Counted from the stretch's first letter, positions 26,770 through 48,591 are shown. The stretch is DNA of 64,000 nt from Eledone cirrhosa (GCA_964016885.1 OZ024747.1:19778001-19842000); one strand, 5' to 3'. Numbers and translations are program-made. Notes: a model not told the origin generated them from the sequence alone.

Positions 26770-27239
26770 CATTGATTATCTGTTACTTTGAAATTTAATA
26801 TCAGCGCAGCTCAAATACTACCCAACAATCATCCTCAGTGCATTTAAGTTTGACAGTGAATCTGATTAAAAGGGCGCCTACAAGATCGCGACCAAATTCC
26901 TGATTCACCACACACAAACAGCGAGCGATATTCAGAGCACAGTGAACAGGCGAGTATATAAAGATAATTTAACAAACTGCTGTGCAAATCTACAACATAT
27001 GACCCAGATGAATTATGATGCCTCAAGTTAAACTCAGCGTAATATAAAAGCAAGCAATCAATAGATTCATTGCACAACTATTTGATTTGCGATCCCCAGC
27101 TCGGTCAAATTAAGTAGCATAGAACGAGGAGATCGCAAAAGCACACAAAAAATACACACCAGCCACATAAACATATCACACACTAGCACATGAACACATC
27201 CACATCCACATCAAACACAAATACAAACACACATACACA

Positions 27240-27313
<74 letters not shown>

Positions 27314-28643
27314 TATGTGTGTGTATGTCTGTGTGTATGTTTGTGAGTGTGTGTGTGTATGCGTGTGTGAGTGTGTGTATGTGAGTGTGTGCGTGTGTTC
27401 TACTGTATCTTTTTTTTTTCTATCATTATATCTCAGTCCATCTACTTCTCTTCATTTTTCCTATATTTTCTCAATTATTTCCTCTTATTTCTAATAACCT
27501 CTTTTATTTTTTCAACTGAACCAAAAAGTGAATATTTCACTTCTTTAGTTGTGTTTGTTTGTATATACGTCTGAGTGATTTCACAAATCACAAGAGAGGC
27601 AAAATCTCAAATTCAGTTTCCAGTTTATTTGGTCAGGTAAAATGAAATGAAATTTGGAGATATAAGATTGAAAAGGAAAAACTAATTCAACTCATAACGA
27701 AAAACGAAAAATACACTAAGAGCAACAAATATATTACCGACAATATCTAGTAGACAAAACACATTCTTTTTCTCTATATCTTTTTCTCTACATCTGATAG
27801 GATTTCTTATTTGAATATTATTTAAATTTTATATTTTATAAGGGCAAACACAAGCCTTCATATATCTTTTACTATATAGTTTTACATTGAAACATACGCA
27901 AACATACGTCCAAATATATATACATATTCACAGACACACGCACGCGCATAAATAAATAAATATATATATATATACATATATATACATATATATAGACATA
28001 TATATAGACATATTTATATATACATATAAATAAATATACATATCCGTATATATATACAAACATAGGTATATATATAGAGATACACTCACGCTCTCACACG
28101 TACAGATATATATATAGAGTATTCTTTTTAGATCAAACTCTACATGGGTACAGTGTGGTTCACTTTTGTCCAAAACTCGCAGTGGATGACATTCTAAACT
28201 CAGGTTAAGAGCGAAACAAGTTAACCTTTTTTCGCATTAGGTTAAACATACTGTGACATGTCCCTTTGTCTTCCGTGACATACATTAACATAACATTAAG
28301 AAATACCTCTAATTATAAAACTAATTGCCATTGTCCGTGGCTTACAAAGATGCATGCTTTAATGGTACGGATTCCAATATTCTTAATATATCATAGGTTT
28401 CCAATATGACAGGTTTCCAATATGACAGGTTTCCAAATATATATCTGAATTGAAAAGTTTTGAGGAATAGCCTGGCAATAGTTTTTTGCATGACATATAA
28501 GATGACACACAATATGATCGAATATAGTCTATCTCTTCCACACAATGAGAATGAGTAAGTAAAAACAGATATAGTTTATGTACCGGGCGGGCATAATTTA
28601 TTGACCTCGAAAGGACGAAAAGCAAAGTTGACCATATACGTAT

Positions 28644-28732
<89 letters not shown>

Positions 28733-29251
28733 TGTGTGCGTGTGTATGTGTGTGTTTATTTATGTATATGTGTTTGTGTGCGGTTTAAATGCAGGACAAA
28801 TTGGAACTGCCTTGGATAGATTAAGTAAACAAATCTGTATTAAAAAATATCCATACGATAAGAACGTCAGTAAACAAAATCCGTAAACAACACAGCTTCT
28901 AAGAGATAATATAAATATAAAAAATTCATTTATTCATATTTTTTAGTTTTTATGCTACCCGAAGCATTATGTGTATATTTTTGGACAATTTCTTGCCTTG
29001 TGTCTTCTAAGAAATATTTAATGTAAATTGAATTACTAAAAATAACAGGAACTTTCGGATATAATCCCATCTTTCCACCGGGGAGCAAATTCTAAATGCT
29101 GTTTTAATATTTATGATGGGAAGTCATGGTCGTCTTTAATATATTAAAATGTATTATTCTGTGCAAAAACGCGGATACATAAACACATGTTGCTTTTGGC
29201 TATAAACATATGTATGTATATACAGGCATAGACACAATAGCCATAAAAATG

Positions 29252-29310
<59 letters not shown>

Positions 29311-30002
29311 CACAAGAACCAAAGCTATGTTCAAAGCATTTATTCACTTACAATTGTTTCATCCATCCCGAGGCTTGGTGTCTTCGGAGCATTTTTCAAT
29401 GTTTGTACACATAATTGACCTCCTTTCCAACGCAAGAGACATACAGATACATATATATATATTGATGTACAGTGGGGTGACATATATTATACTATACTAT
29501 TTTTGTACAGCAATTCAAATTCAAAATCAAAATCAAAATCAAAATCAAAATCAAAATTAAAATCAAAATCAAAATTAAAATACATTCGGCAGATAACACA
29601 GATAATGCAAGAGGATAGTTTGATAGTCAGATCTAGTAGGTAGTGTATGCGTTAGTTACACATGGAGCATGCAAGTGTGTCTCATTTTTATACGATTATT
29701 GTGTGGCAGGGTGTTACATATAATGCAAGCACTTTAAGTGGGTAAGCAAGAGTATTATGGTGGTTGTAGTGGTAAGGTAATTTTTGTATAGAACAAAAAT
29801 GTATGTGTGCAGAAAAAGGCTTTCAACATAGCTTTGTATTCTTGTGAATTCTATATAACAGCTTGTAGAACAACCGATGTTATTACATTGAGCTATTTAT
29901 CTTACTGGTAATAAGGTAGTAATAAATTACTGACCTTCACTGTTTTGGGTTTAAAATATACATAACTATAAAAAGTTTTAATATATACATAACCATGTAT
30001 CC

Positions 30003-30052
<50 letters not shown>

Positions 30053-30054
<2 letters not shown>

Positions 30055-30113
30055 GAAAATATTCAAGACCCCGACGGCAGAGCTCCAGCAGTTTCGACGG
30101 CGGCTATTTCTGG
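30053..30113 (-). mobile_element. Solo inverted arm of the fold-back family
   Basis: GGAAAATATTCAAGACCCCGACGGCAGAGCTCCAGCAGTTTCGACGG..CTATTTCTGG directly after (TA)n. Confidence 0.8.
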
Positions 30114-30127
30114 ACGCATCTAGTGTA

Positions 30128-30816
30128 TGGTGGTTTTTCCCTGTTTTATTGATGGCGCAGTGTATCTCTCTCTAGTACTTTACCTTTTCAACATGTATTT
30201 TAAAGAGCCCAGGATTTCCTCTCCTTTGAGCACATTAATTACAGGGAACGGCGAGATCTATGGCTCCGTTAATGTATCGTGATATTTCGCTCCTTATAAC
30301 AGTCTTTCTCATCTCTCTCTCTCTGTTTGGTTGAGCACACTTCTCTGAGTGGTTTTGGGCTGCCCTTTCTAGCAGCTCGTTCCTCAGAGGCCACTGGTTC
30401 ACTGCCCTTAAACACGCTGTGACTTCTCTCTCCCACGTGTAGTTGGACGGCCTCTTTAAAAATGCTCTTAGTGTTGTCTGAAATGTATGGCCTAACACAC
30501 GCTGATGAACCTGGGTTATTTCATTTCCGTCAACAACTTACTGGCGAAACCGATCACTTTGGATTTATACGTGTGTTATATAGTTATAGAGGTATTTATT
30601 TACGCTTTAATTTATATTTTTAATTATCGTGTCTATAGTCTGCCTTTCATAGGTTATAGATTCCATACACTGGTGGTTCTTTTCCCTGTTTTATTGATAG
30701 CGCACTGAATCTCTCTTTACATATTGTATATATATATATATATATAATACAAACCTTAATCTAAACATCGAGTATTCATCTGGGATAATCTACAGGAACT
30801 ACACGTGTCACTCTCT

Positions 30817-30819
<3 letters not shown>
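30128..30819 (+). mobile_element. Decayed PLE 3' end: partial direct pLTR repeat, GIY-YIG C-terminal remnant, degenerate HHR, tail
   Basis: ~45-bp direct repeat at 30128-30172 / 30671-30717; APYNSLSH..CLVEH..CPLN remnants; CTGATGA (30502)..GAAAC (30546); AACATCGAGTATTC tail motif. Confidence 0.5.
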
Positions 30820-30913
<94 letters not shown>

Positions 30914-31742
30914 CATATATATACATATATATATATGTACATGTAAATAAATATATATATATATATGTGCGTGTGTGTGTATGTGTATGTATATATATAT
31001 ATGTACATATATATATACACATATTTATTGAAATATACGTAGAGATTGTATGGATGGCTGAGCGTTAGGTAGAAAAAATGTTAACTACATATATAGCTAT
31101 ACGAGTAGAAAAACGGGTATATCGACATATAACAAGAGTGAGATATCAAAGAGTGGGAATGAGTTATGGTAATAGCATCATGGTCTGGTAGATTGACTAA
31201 TGGACGGCATCAGCTGCTAATAAAACTGATGCAAACACTTCAGCTGTCCCGATGTACTTCCGTCTAACATGGAAGTCGTAATCACTAATTACTACCTGAT
31301 TAATATTATTGACTTCGTATTCTCACTCACAAACATTTTATACACATACATACGTATACATACTCATTAATGAAGTAAACATAAAAAGTGTAAATATTAT
31401 ATATATATATATATGTGCGTGTGTGTATGTATGCACTTCTGCATGAGTGTGTATTGCAATATGCCTAAATACAAAAATAAAAAGGAAAGTGAACATGTAA
31501 AACCGAAAACAAAAAAGTCAACACTTGAAAGGAAAGCTAGAATCACAGATTTAAAGATAGGACTTAGAAATGAGTGATTATTTCAACATTTTTATCGGAT
31601 TTAAAATTCAGGTTTTAATTATTATTTATATATCATTTTATCATTCGTATTTTGTTCATTTTATGATATAGTATGCGAACTATAAGTATTTTTATTATTA
31701 CTAATAGTAATATAGTTGTTGTTGGTGTTGTTAATATTATTA

Positions 31743-31780
<38 letters not shown>

Positions 31781-31782
<2 letters not shown>

Positions 31783-34700
31783 AGTTGCATTTATCTTGCT
31801 TTATGTTCATACGAGTTATCACCAAGTCACAACCAGTGACCCCAAGAGACAACAAGCTCCGCCATGTTCAAGAAAGAACATACATACTCACACATGCATC
31901 TTTAGGCGTTTAGACTTGTGATGTACTTATATTGACAGAATCTTCCTTAGTATATGGGCAGTTCCAATTAGTACTATCTTTTGTATTTCTCCTATACGCG
32001 AGTTTCCTGGGATGTGCGATAAGTAATCATTAGACCCCTAGTGACCTTACAACCACTGGTATTGTTTTAGTTCTCAATTTCCACATTTTTCCAATTTCTA
32101 TCACCAGGTCCTAATATTTGCTCAATTTTTCAAATGTTTTTATAGATACATTCTTGTCTATTGGAACGGACATATCAATTAGCAGGCATACTCTCTTTTT
32201 AAAGTCCTTCAGTATTATATTAGGTCTATTTGCATCTATTTTTCGGTCTGTTTGGATGCTAACGTTCCGCCAAGATTGAGATGTGATCTTTTTCAAGTAT
32301 GGGAGGGTTGATGCTCTCACCAATTCTTTTGATGGGGCAGGTCAAAATGCTTACACATTATCCAATGTATGTATTGTGCAGCTCTGTCATGCCTGTTTAG
32401 GTATTCGGTTGGAGCTATAGGACTGCACATTGAAATTATATGATCATGGTCTCTGGTTGTTTTTCACATACACGCCATAATGGGTTGCATCCATTTTTTA
32501 TTATGTTGGCTTGGTAATTTTTTGTTGGCAGACACTGATCTTGTGCTGATATAATCAGTCCTTCAGTCTCCGATTTCAGTCCAGAGGATGCCAACCACTG
32601 ATGGGTTAAAGCTTTGTCAACATCTGGATTGTTAGCTCTTTCTGGGTATTTTCCATACAGAGGCTTTTCTTGCCATTTCTTAGCCAGTTTCTGGAGCAGT
32701 TCTTTCTTTGCAGTTACTTTTACCTGCTTTGCTTTTTCTGTGTTTACCATTTCAGCAGTAAATGGGATTTCTGTAATTTGTAGTCCATTACTGTACCTTT
32801 GTGCATCTTTTGTAATAGAGTATGATCTGTTGATGCTTTCGTGTTTCAAAATGAGTTTGATCATCCAATCATGTGATTCCTTTAGATATGTAGATAATCC
32901 AATTGTTGCAGTTTTCAACGCAATATCTAACTGGATTAACCCACGCCTCCTTCTTTCCTAGCGAGATATATTCTATCTGTATCTGCCTTAGGGTGATGCA
33001 TTCTGTGCATGGTTAAGAATTTTCTGATTTTTGTATCGAGCCTACGGATCTCTGTGCTTGACCAGTTGATGACATTGTTACTGTAGGTTACTACTGGTAT
33101 AGCAAGCGTGTTTAGTGCATCGATCCTATTCCTTGCATTCAATTCCGTTCTTAAGATTGCTCTTACTCTGCAGTAACATTCCTTCCTTATTCTTTCCCTC
33201 ACTGACGAGTGCTTGATTCCGTCTCCATCACAAACACCTAGATATTTGTAAGTTTCCTCTTGATCAAGTTCTCTTATCACATTCCCCCGATCAAGATTAA
33301 TGTCTGAACTTTTCAGCAGCTTTCCTCTGGTGAACGTTGCTTTGGCGCATTTATCTAGTCCAAACTCCATTTTAATGTCATCACTGAACTGCTCCACAGT
33401 GGATAATAGCCCTTGCAATTGTTCATAATTTTATGCAAATAGTTTCAGGTCATCCATGTAGAACAAGTGATTAATGGTTTTGTCATAGACTTTATATCCA
33501 TGTTTTGTTTCATTGAGCATTTTACTTAATGGTATAAGTGCGATGCAGAATAAAAGCGGTGATAAAGAGTCACCCTGAAAAATTCCACAATTAATATTAA
33601 CTTCTCCAGCTTCCAGTGATTCCTTTTCACTATTCAAAAGGAGTGTCGTTTTCCATGTCTTCATACTGAATGACAAGAACCTCCTGACAACGGTAGATAT
33701 TTTGAAAATCTCTAAACATTTTTCAATCCAACTGTGTGGCAAACTATCGAATGCTTTTTTATAATCTATCCAAGCAATTGATAGATTTTTGTGTCTATTA
33801 TGACAATCTTGCAGTATCATTTTGTTAACCAAAAGCTGATCCTTACAGCCATATGAGCCTCATTTACACCCTTTCTGCTCATTGGGAAATAGGTCATTTG
33901 TTATCAGGTGGTCATATGTATCTTCAGTTAGAACTGATGTTAACATTTTATACATTGTGGTCAAGCAAGTTATCGGTCTGTAATTTTTGGGGTTGTTTGT
34001 CTCATCATTCTTCGGAAGTAGGAATGTAATGCCGTTAACTAGCCATGATGGTATCTTTTCTGGCTCCTTAACTATTTCATTGTAAAGTTGGGCTCATGAG
34101 ACTCTGTGAAGGCATTTATCCAAACATTTGGTATTTTGTCTTTTCCTGGGGATTTCCATTTGCTGGTTTTTCTAAGAGCCAAACCCAACTGTTCAACTGT
34201 TATATTTTCCCATATTTGTTCCTCAAAGTGAGCTGTATATTTCATTTGTCTGTCTATCCATTGGGCATGTATATTATGAACTTGTTCTTCGGCCCAGATC
34301 TTTTTCCAGAATTCTTGCACTTCCTCCTTGGGTGGTATTGATTTAGCAGTTATTGTTGACTTACCAATTTTTCTGTAGAAGTTTCTTTGGTTGTTTTTGA
34401 ACATATTATTGTCCTTATAGAATCTAGATCGTTTTTCAAAGCACCTTATACGAGCAGCTTTGGCCGACACTTTTTGCTTGATTATTTCTATCACCATGTC
34501 TATCTCACTTGTTGATTTTATACTGTACTTTCTTTTCAATTTTCTAAGTTTAGTTTGTTTACCATGTTCACCTACTTTATAGTTTGTTAAAATTTCTATG
34601 TCAGATCGGAGAAGGTTTATTTGGCGATTGATGTTCTCTTGCCAAGTAGATTTCTTGTGTGAATTCCTTTGTTTTTCCATTTTCACTCCACATAAGTGAG

Positions 34701-35736
34701 TGGTGACTTTAGCCGATGCATAATAGAGATGATTTAAATCAGTAATGCTTAGTTTGTTTGTGATGATAATGTTTTTGAGAATTATGTTAGTCTTGTGTAT
34801 TATCTTTTAGTTCTGTTTGGAGTTCTGGACCTTAGGGAGGGTGTCTCGTTCCCCCATGTCAGATTCTTTCATTTTCATCCATTCGTTCATAATTTCATCC
34901 TTCAAGTTGGCAAGTTCATTCTCATTCATTTCTTTATCATTTACGATCTCATTGTTTTCATTTTGAGTTTCATCTTGAGCATGCACTCCCTCCACTTTTT
35001 CGATCCTTTCTTTAATTTGTTCTGTTGTCAGTGATTCCGCCCCAACCCTGGGATTCGAAGTGTTACAATTTACCTCGTTTTCACTGACACATGTTTCATT
35101 TTTCCCTTCGCTGACTTTGTGCTAATAGCTTGATCTGATCAATTTCTATATCAGTTAGTAACTTTTTAAAATCAATATTTCTTCGTATATTGGCTAGTTT
35201 GTTACTGTCAATATAGCCTCTGTTTTCGGGATGTTCCTTTTTCCAGTTGATATATGTCTGTTCTGTATTCGATGTATTTGATGGGTAGTACATGGCAGTG
35301 TAGAAAGCCTCAAGGACTTCTTTATTATCTTCCCTTGACCATTTTTCTCTCTTTTTCTTTGGATTTCTTGGTGGTAAGCATGGAGGGCCAACAGTAGGAG
35401 TATTCCGGTTATGGGAGGTCTCCAGCTCCGAAGTGATGGGAAGGTTTGAACCATTAGCTGATTTTTCGACCCCAGTCTGGTTCCTCTCTGAGGGACGCGG
35501 CCCTTTTTGACCCGGGTGACGACCGATCCGGTATGAGATTTTATCATTTGACATTTACTTTTATTTTGTCGCGTTTTATTGTTATCCGCCAAGGGGTAAT
35601 CATTTCGTGTTACCACTTCTAGGCCGAGTGTCAACCAAGACTAGAGGGGTCGTCCTCCCCTAGAGATACGGCTATTCCCCCCCGGCCGCCATCCCGGTAT
35701 TTCTTGGTCACGGGGTTTTCTTTTTTGTTGTTCTTT
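31781..35736 (-). mobile_element. Near-full-length, frameshifted Dong/Rex6-like (R4 clade) non-LTR retrotransposon in (TAA)n
   Basis: ORF pieces in correct order: Myb-like KWSREDNKEVLEAFY (35096-35554); KSPGKD (34072-34686); WIDYKKAFDS, GIFQGDSLSPLLF, YMDD (33431-33832); YKYLG (32936-33418); ETEGLIISAQDQ (32436-32918); RLE (32111-32323). (TAA)n at the 3' end and short TAA runs 5'. Confidence 0.93.
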
Positions 35737-38700
35737 AAATTATTATTATCACGAGTGGTTCCTTAATGTGAGCATTACGTGGCTTGAGAATGAAATTATT
35801 AATTATTATTATTATTATTATTATAATTTATTCATTTATTTGATAGATATATCCTTGCTTGTGGACACTAATTCGTCAATTAGAATGCAGTCCTTTTCCA
35901 AGTGAATTTTTACTACAACATCTGATCTTCCTGCCTATGTGCATTGACATATCCTAGAATATGGTTTATATGTCAAACCCTAACACTGTTTATGATGTAT
36001 GACTGCACTCTCCATTCGTACTTGGTCATTATCATTAATACTTCGAATGTTTGTCTCAAATCAGTCATGCCTGTGGATATATTCTCATTTGGTTGAGAGT
36101 GAGCTGTCAGAGACAATGTAGTTATTTTTTTCTTCCCCAGCTCCACATAGCAGTTGCTTGATGTGATCTGCTTCATTATTATCGGTTTGCAGTTTCTTGG
36201 GGTGGGGGATTTGGCCTTTTGCTGCAATTAAGAATTGCTCTGCCTCGGCTTTGAAACCAGCGCTCCTGTGAACTTTCCTAGTGAATTTTCAAGTCTTTGA
36301 ATTATTTTTGTCTATTTTCTCTCTATTCAGCTTTTTCGGGTATTAGCCTTTCAGAGATTTTTGTTGCCATGGTTTTAGCATGCTATTCTGGACATCAGTT
36401 TTAAAATTACATCCTAACCTTGCCGCCATTTCTGTTGTTTCTTTTTTTATTTCTATTTTTAAAAATAATTATCTGTCAATTCAACTTCTATTTTCATCTG
36501 TTGGCTTCACCGAAGATAAAAAATACAGTTTGATTTGTTCATGAGTCGTACCTATTTGTATTAACTCTCCATTATTTTTCATTGGGTAATATAATCATCC
36601 TACAGTAGATATGTTATAATAGTTTTCTAGTTGAACAAGGCCCCTACCGCTCCGACTTCATTGCGAGTAAAACTTTTGTATGTCTAATTTTCTGTAGTAT
36701 ATTCTAAATGCAGTCATTCGTTTTTGCTCTATCTGACTAATCATGCAATTTTGTATAGTGTACAATAAAAAATATTAAAGCTGTACCTTACAACTGGCAT
36801 CTTTAGAGTATTGTTCACATTTCTTGTAGTTTAAAGGGGGTCCTGACATATATACCTCTCTGTCTGTTAAACGCTGTTGTGTTTAATATTTCCCTATAGT
36901 CCTTCGGTAAAATAAAAGCTCTATGACAAGGGTGATCTATGGATATATGAGTTATGATTAGGTCATAATGACTGAGGATCTTAATTCCGATTATGCTCCG
37001 AGTGTCTGAATTAAAAGCTCCCTTCGATCGTCATTTATTTTCTTCTTTCAAGGGCATTTGAATCAGTATGGGTTACAATAATGTGTCAGCTATAATGCTT
37101 AGTAAATATACCCTCCGTTCCTGTGTAAGAAGACCATGTTATTTTTAATTTTCAAACCAGGTACTTTCAATATTTTCATATTTTACCGCAGCACTGCGAT
37201 GTTTTAGAGTGGCCAGCAATGACATTGAGTACGTATTTCGTGTAATATTCTGTTTAGTTAATTTTACTTTCCACCCAGTACTTTTATAAAACGAGTATTC
37301 TCTTTATTATCAAGTCCACAACTTCCCTATCTTAATTTCTAGTTTATTGTTAGCATTACGTATTATTCTGTGCAATGATTTAGTTATCAACAGAGAATAT
37401 GTCTATTATATAGTGACATATCTATGTGATTTATTCTCCCATCTGTATCAACACATCTCAGGACATATATAATTGTCACGTAGTCTACATGGAACAAGCT
37501 TATGGAATATATTTTCAGTTTTGAATCGAATGCTTTTGAATATATATTCGATGGTTATATAATTATATATGAAGTCGCATCTGGGATGTGTTCTGTATTA
37601 TATGGAAAGGAAAACCGGAAATCCTATTCTCAACGGATTCTGATATTCATTACACCGACTGTAGCCGATGTAATCCTCATTTTAACAATTTCTTTGTCAC
37701 TGACCATTGATCATGTGCTATAGTTAAATCAGACATTCAATTTTCATCTTTAGTAGAAAACCTTTACACCATTGTTGCTTTTCATATTGCCCCAGCCATA
37801 CAGGAAACTAAGAATGGAGAAGGATTTTTAATTATTGCTTTTCTATATAATGTTAGTATTTTTGGATTTCTCTCTTGTTTCGTCCTTTACATAAACCTGT
37901 ATCTTCAGTACAATTACATTCAGGTTTTCACTATATTGTTTAATTACACAAAGAGAAGTTTTTTGGTTTTCTTTTTGATGTTTCTTTATATTAATCAGTC
38001 TATATTTGCTTTACTGTAATTAATTATTGTTAAATAATACTGTCTGTATGCAGGCCCGTTCTTTCTCTCACTGTATAAAAAGCTTATTATTGTAAACTTT
38101 AGTATGCTTTTTATTATTACGTATAATTCTCTATACAATACCCTCACTCAGTCGTTCATGACTGAAATATCTCGGGTATATAAGTTTATTTGTGGGATGT
38201 CGTTCAATTGTTCATGTTTTATTCTGAGTTTTCTGTTATAATCCTTTCTAACATTTACATTTATATTTGCATTTGTATAATGATTTCTGGTCGAAGGAAG
38301 TAGCTGTGACCATGAGCTTGCTCTGACCTGCCAAACCAGGATCATTGCTCTCGTGAAAACTCTACTTGAATTATTGAAATCGATGAATGTTCTGGTGTAG
38401 AACGAAGTGATGTAAAACGTAATGTGCTGTCTGTAACGTGAGCACAATGTGCTTGATGAGAGAAGGAAAGTAGTGATTGCTTTATTGAAGTAACAGGGAA
38501 ACCGATATGCATTGAGATACCTACACAAGTGCAATAGGGGCGTCCAGAAAATTAGTAGAGGAGACAGCTTGTCTGTGGGCTAGATTATGGCATGTTTTAG
38601 AATGTGACTTTATGCAGTTGCGTCGTATTACAGTGTATATGATGTCGTACGTGCGTATGTGTGTGTATGCAGACATCATCATCCTAGATGTTGGATCATT

Positions 38701-38939
38701 TCTCAATTCAATGGTGTATTTTCACTGAGTTTTCTAGCCTATTAGTAGAGATGTTTTGTAAAGTATTATCTGCCTCTGAATATGAGGGTCACTAATTGTT
38801 AAATATATAATTTCCTACATATTCCTTGATTGTGTCTATTCATAGTCTTTATGAATAGGATTGGCATGTGCTGTCGGGTGAAGTTGTATCATAATCGATG
38901 GTTGTAGGATCAGTCAATTGATATTTCAGACGACGCAGT

Positions 38940-39345
38940 GCTACTACACTCTCCGGTACGGACAAAGTATACTGCCGATTGCCGGAAGAAAGGAATAAAT
39001 ATCACGACTGCAAAAACTGAGTAATTTATCATCTCAAGACATCGTGTCATTCTAAATTGAGCCATTACCTCTTTGCGCCGAGAAATAACGGCTCAGGTAC
39101 TATGGGCATGTGTTTAGAATGTCTATGGAAAGAATCACCGGACAGGTTTTACAGACAAAGAAAACCCACAGACGATGTCGAGCAAGATGGTTTGATAACA
39201 TGGAAAACTGCTTGAGTGTCTTTTGGGGATCCAGCTAGATAATTCTGTGACGGTTGATTCCGTTACTATCCCCTGGGAAGCATTTCTCAGACCTATGTCC
39301 CCCACAACACATCTAATAAGAGGAAAATGAAGACGAAGAAAAAAT
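38940..39345 (+). mobile_element. Decayed RTE-clade LINE 3' end
   Basis: IEPLPL..RLRYYGHVFRMSMERI..RARWFD remnant followed by a purine-rich 3' UTR. Confidence 0.6.
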
Positions 39346-40948
39346 AAGTATCTCTTTTGTTTAAAAGAATACACTAATAGAATGATATCAAAGCTCAACA
39401 CTTGCACGTGTTCTGTTTATGAAGTGTGCGCAAACTTGAGTCAAGTTGCGGGATGGAGTGGGTGGCTAGACAGTAGACATTGTTGTTGTTAATTATTGTA
39501 GGAGTTCCACGATACAGACACGGTGGGAAGCGTTACTGATATCAAGTCATTGCATTCAAAACATTTCTTGTGACTAAACCTGATATAGGAGACTGTGTCA
39601 CGATCGGATGTGACTTAATGGACACAGTAATATTAATTAACTGGAAATCCGAATTCAAATTGTTGACGACGACGACTATTGTTAAGGTATCTCTCCATCA
39701 TATTTGAAGAAATGGAAGCAAATGAAATGGAAGCGAATGAGAAAGATGGACATGTTTAAGAGAACAATGAAATAGATATATAGATCGGTTGAGAGAAAGT
39801 GGGAGGTGAAAAGATTTTTCCTGTTTTGGGTGTATTGCTGAAGTGTATTAGAAGAGACATTTTACAACGTCGATGGACTTACTAGTTTCACATAATAGGT
39901 TGTAAATAAGCAATTCATGGTTTCCTCACTTTGTGTGTTACATTAACACTTCGTGGAATTCTCCAAGGGTAAATGTTGTTTTATGTCTTAACTTTTGTAA
40001 GATATTCCACAGGGAAAATTGGCGCCGTGAGCTTTTTGCGGACGGGTATTATTAGTGCTATAAATACTGACGAGTTGCATTATATATTATTGGTTTTACA
40101 TTTTGTGGCCCTGATGACTATTCTGACATAGCAGCTGAAATTGTAAATGTTGATAATGGTGATGTTGATATAGAAAAGGAAAAGTATTCAGTGACAAGCA
40201 AGCATTAAATACTAACCATATCAATAAGGATGACAATGATAATAAGGATAATTGCTATGCTAAAAGGGATTGTGCTGATAATCCAGAAAGTTATACTGAT
40301 ATTGAAGAAGATGATGAGTAGGATGGTAATCATGGTGATGATTAGGTGGAAGGGGACAGTGTTTACTGTGGTCATTTTAAGAATGTATCTTTTGTTTAAC
40401 AAAATGTTACATCACGAGACCTTAATTACGCCTTCTGATATCCCATCGTTTACTAATACGCAGTAGCTACGGAAATCCTTTTATGCTAGACTTCAAATGG
40501 AATATAGCAAACCAATAGCAACAAAAGTGAAATCAGTAGCAATACACATAGGCTTGAAAGCTAATAGTATAGAATGAAGGGAGCACGTAATGTTGCAATA
40601 AAACACCATATGTGAAGCATAGAACGTTGCGACTTCAGAACATTCATTATAGTATACAGAAAGAAAGGAAAAGAAGAGACGGAAAACGAATAGTAAAGAT
40701 AAATATCATGACATATGTACCGAAATGTATTAAGAGTGTTCATGACACATTTTATGTTGAAATGTAATTGTTTATGAAATCACAAGAACATAGATCGCAT
40801 CATGTACATGCACACACACACACATACACATACACACGCACACACAGGCACACACACACACACACATATATATATGTTGAAGTATCGGGTTTTGTGAAAC
40901 TTTAAAGAACTACATGTGCAGAAATTTGGGGATGCAGATTTGGATGTG

Positions 40949-47275
<6,327 letters not shown>

Positions 47276-47338
47276 TTATATATACATATATATATATATA
47301 TAAATGAAAAGTATAGAAATTATTGTAGCAAGAAGCCA

Positions 47339-47414
<76 letters not shown>

Positions 47415-47419
47415 ACATT

Positions 47420-47458
<39 letters not shown>

Positions 47459-47692
47459 GGAGAGAAAGAGAGAGAGAGCAAGAGAGAGGGAAAATAACTG
47501 TAACAAAAGTCGGTCAGTATTTTTGATAGTGATTGACTGTTATTAGAGTTATTTTAACATTTCTTACACACCCAGCGCATCGATTCTATCTAGCTAAGTA
47601 TTGCTCTCTCCCACTCCCTAAATGTATATATATATGTATATATATACTAGCATGGAAACCTTATGCTAGTCCCGTTAACTTCTTATTACATA

Positions 47693-47731
<39 letters not shown>

Positions 47732-47740
47732 TTATATATA

Positions 47741-47915
47741 TAGGAAAAAGTATGACCCCGACGGCAGAGCTCAAGCCATTGCATAGCCGTCGAAACGGCT
47801 TGAGCTCTACCGTCGAGGTCATACTTTTTCTTATTTATTTCCAACTCTACTACCCTAAGTATTGTGTACTCTGGTGCGTTATGGTCCATCTGGTTCCTTA
47901 CCTCAATTCCTTTGT

Positions 47916-47916
<1 letters not shown>
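47741..47916 (+). mobile_element. Fold-back mini-element
   Basis: AGGAAAAAGTATGACCCCGACGGCAGAGCTCAAGCC is inverted to GGCTTGAGCTCTACCGTCGAGGTCATACTTTTTC; family tail; (TA)n on both sides. Confidence 0.87.
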
Positions 47917-47946
<30 letters not shown>

Positions 47947-48053
47947 TCTTAGTAACGTTGTAGTTCTATGCAGGGGAATGCAGAACAATTACATGAAAGA
48001 TGGAGTGAAATTTTAGTAAGTAAGTCAATTTTCATAACTTTCTTATTTATGTC

Positions 48054-48118
<65 letters not shown>

Positions 48119-48558
48119 GAAATATATATACATTTATGTAGGCGTTTGTGCGTTACTGTCTTTGTCTATAGGTTTCTTCGTATTTCCATATGTGTAAGAA
48201 TCAGTATCTACACACATCCATTAAAAAATATAAATAAACATATAAAGCCCACATCTATTATGAAACTGTATTAGTTCAAATGAAATGAAGAGCCATGCAA
48301 ATACATCCTAGAAACAAATAACTAAAATATGGTAATTGAAGGCGTTATCTTAAAGTATGTTATTTGAAATTGATTTGCGCTCTCATATTCTCTTACATTT
48401 TTATGTATTTCCCATATATACTCTTTCTTCGTTTAGTGGTCTCATGATATCCACTACATACTCATAAACATGCATATATACATACACATGCATGGATATA
48501 TGCATATACACACATACACACAAACACACATGCACACGCACACGCGCACATACATGGG

Positions 48559-48591
<33 letters not shown>

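Noticed and set aside
35930-38100. Possible older LINE remnants (e.g. KSPTPRNCKPI)
   Set aside because: Motifs too decayed to assign family or boundaries by eye; the same applies to 130-790 and 7440-8000.
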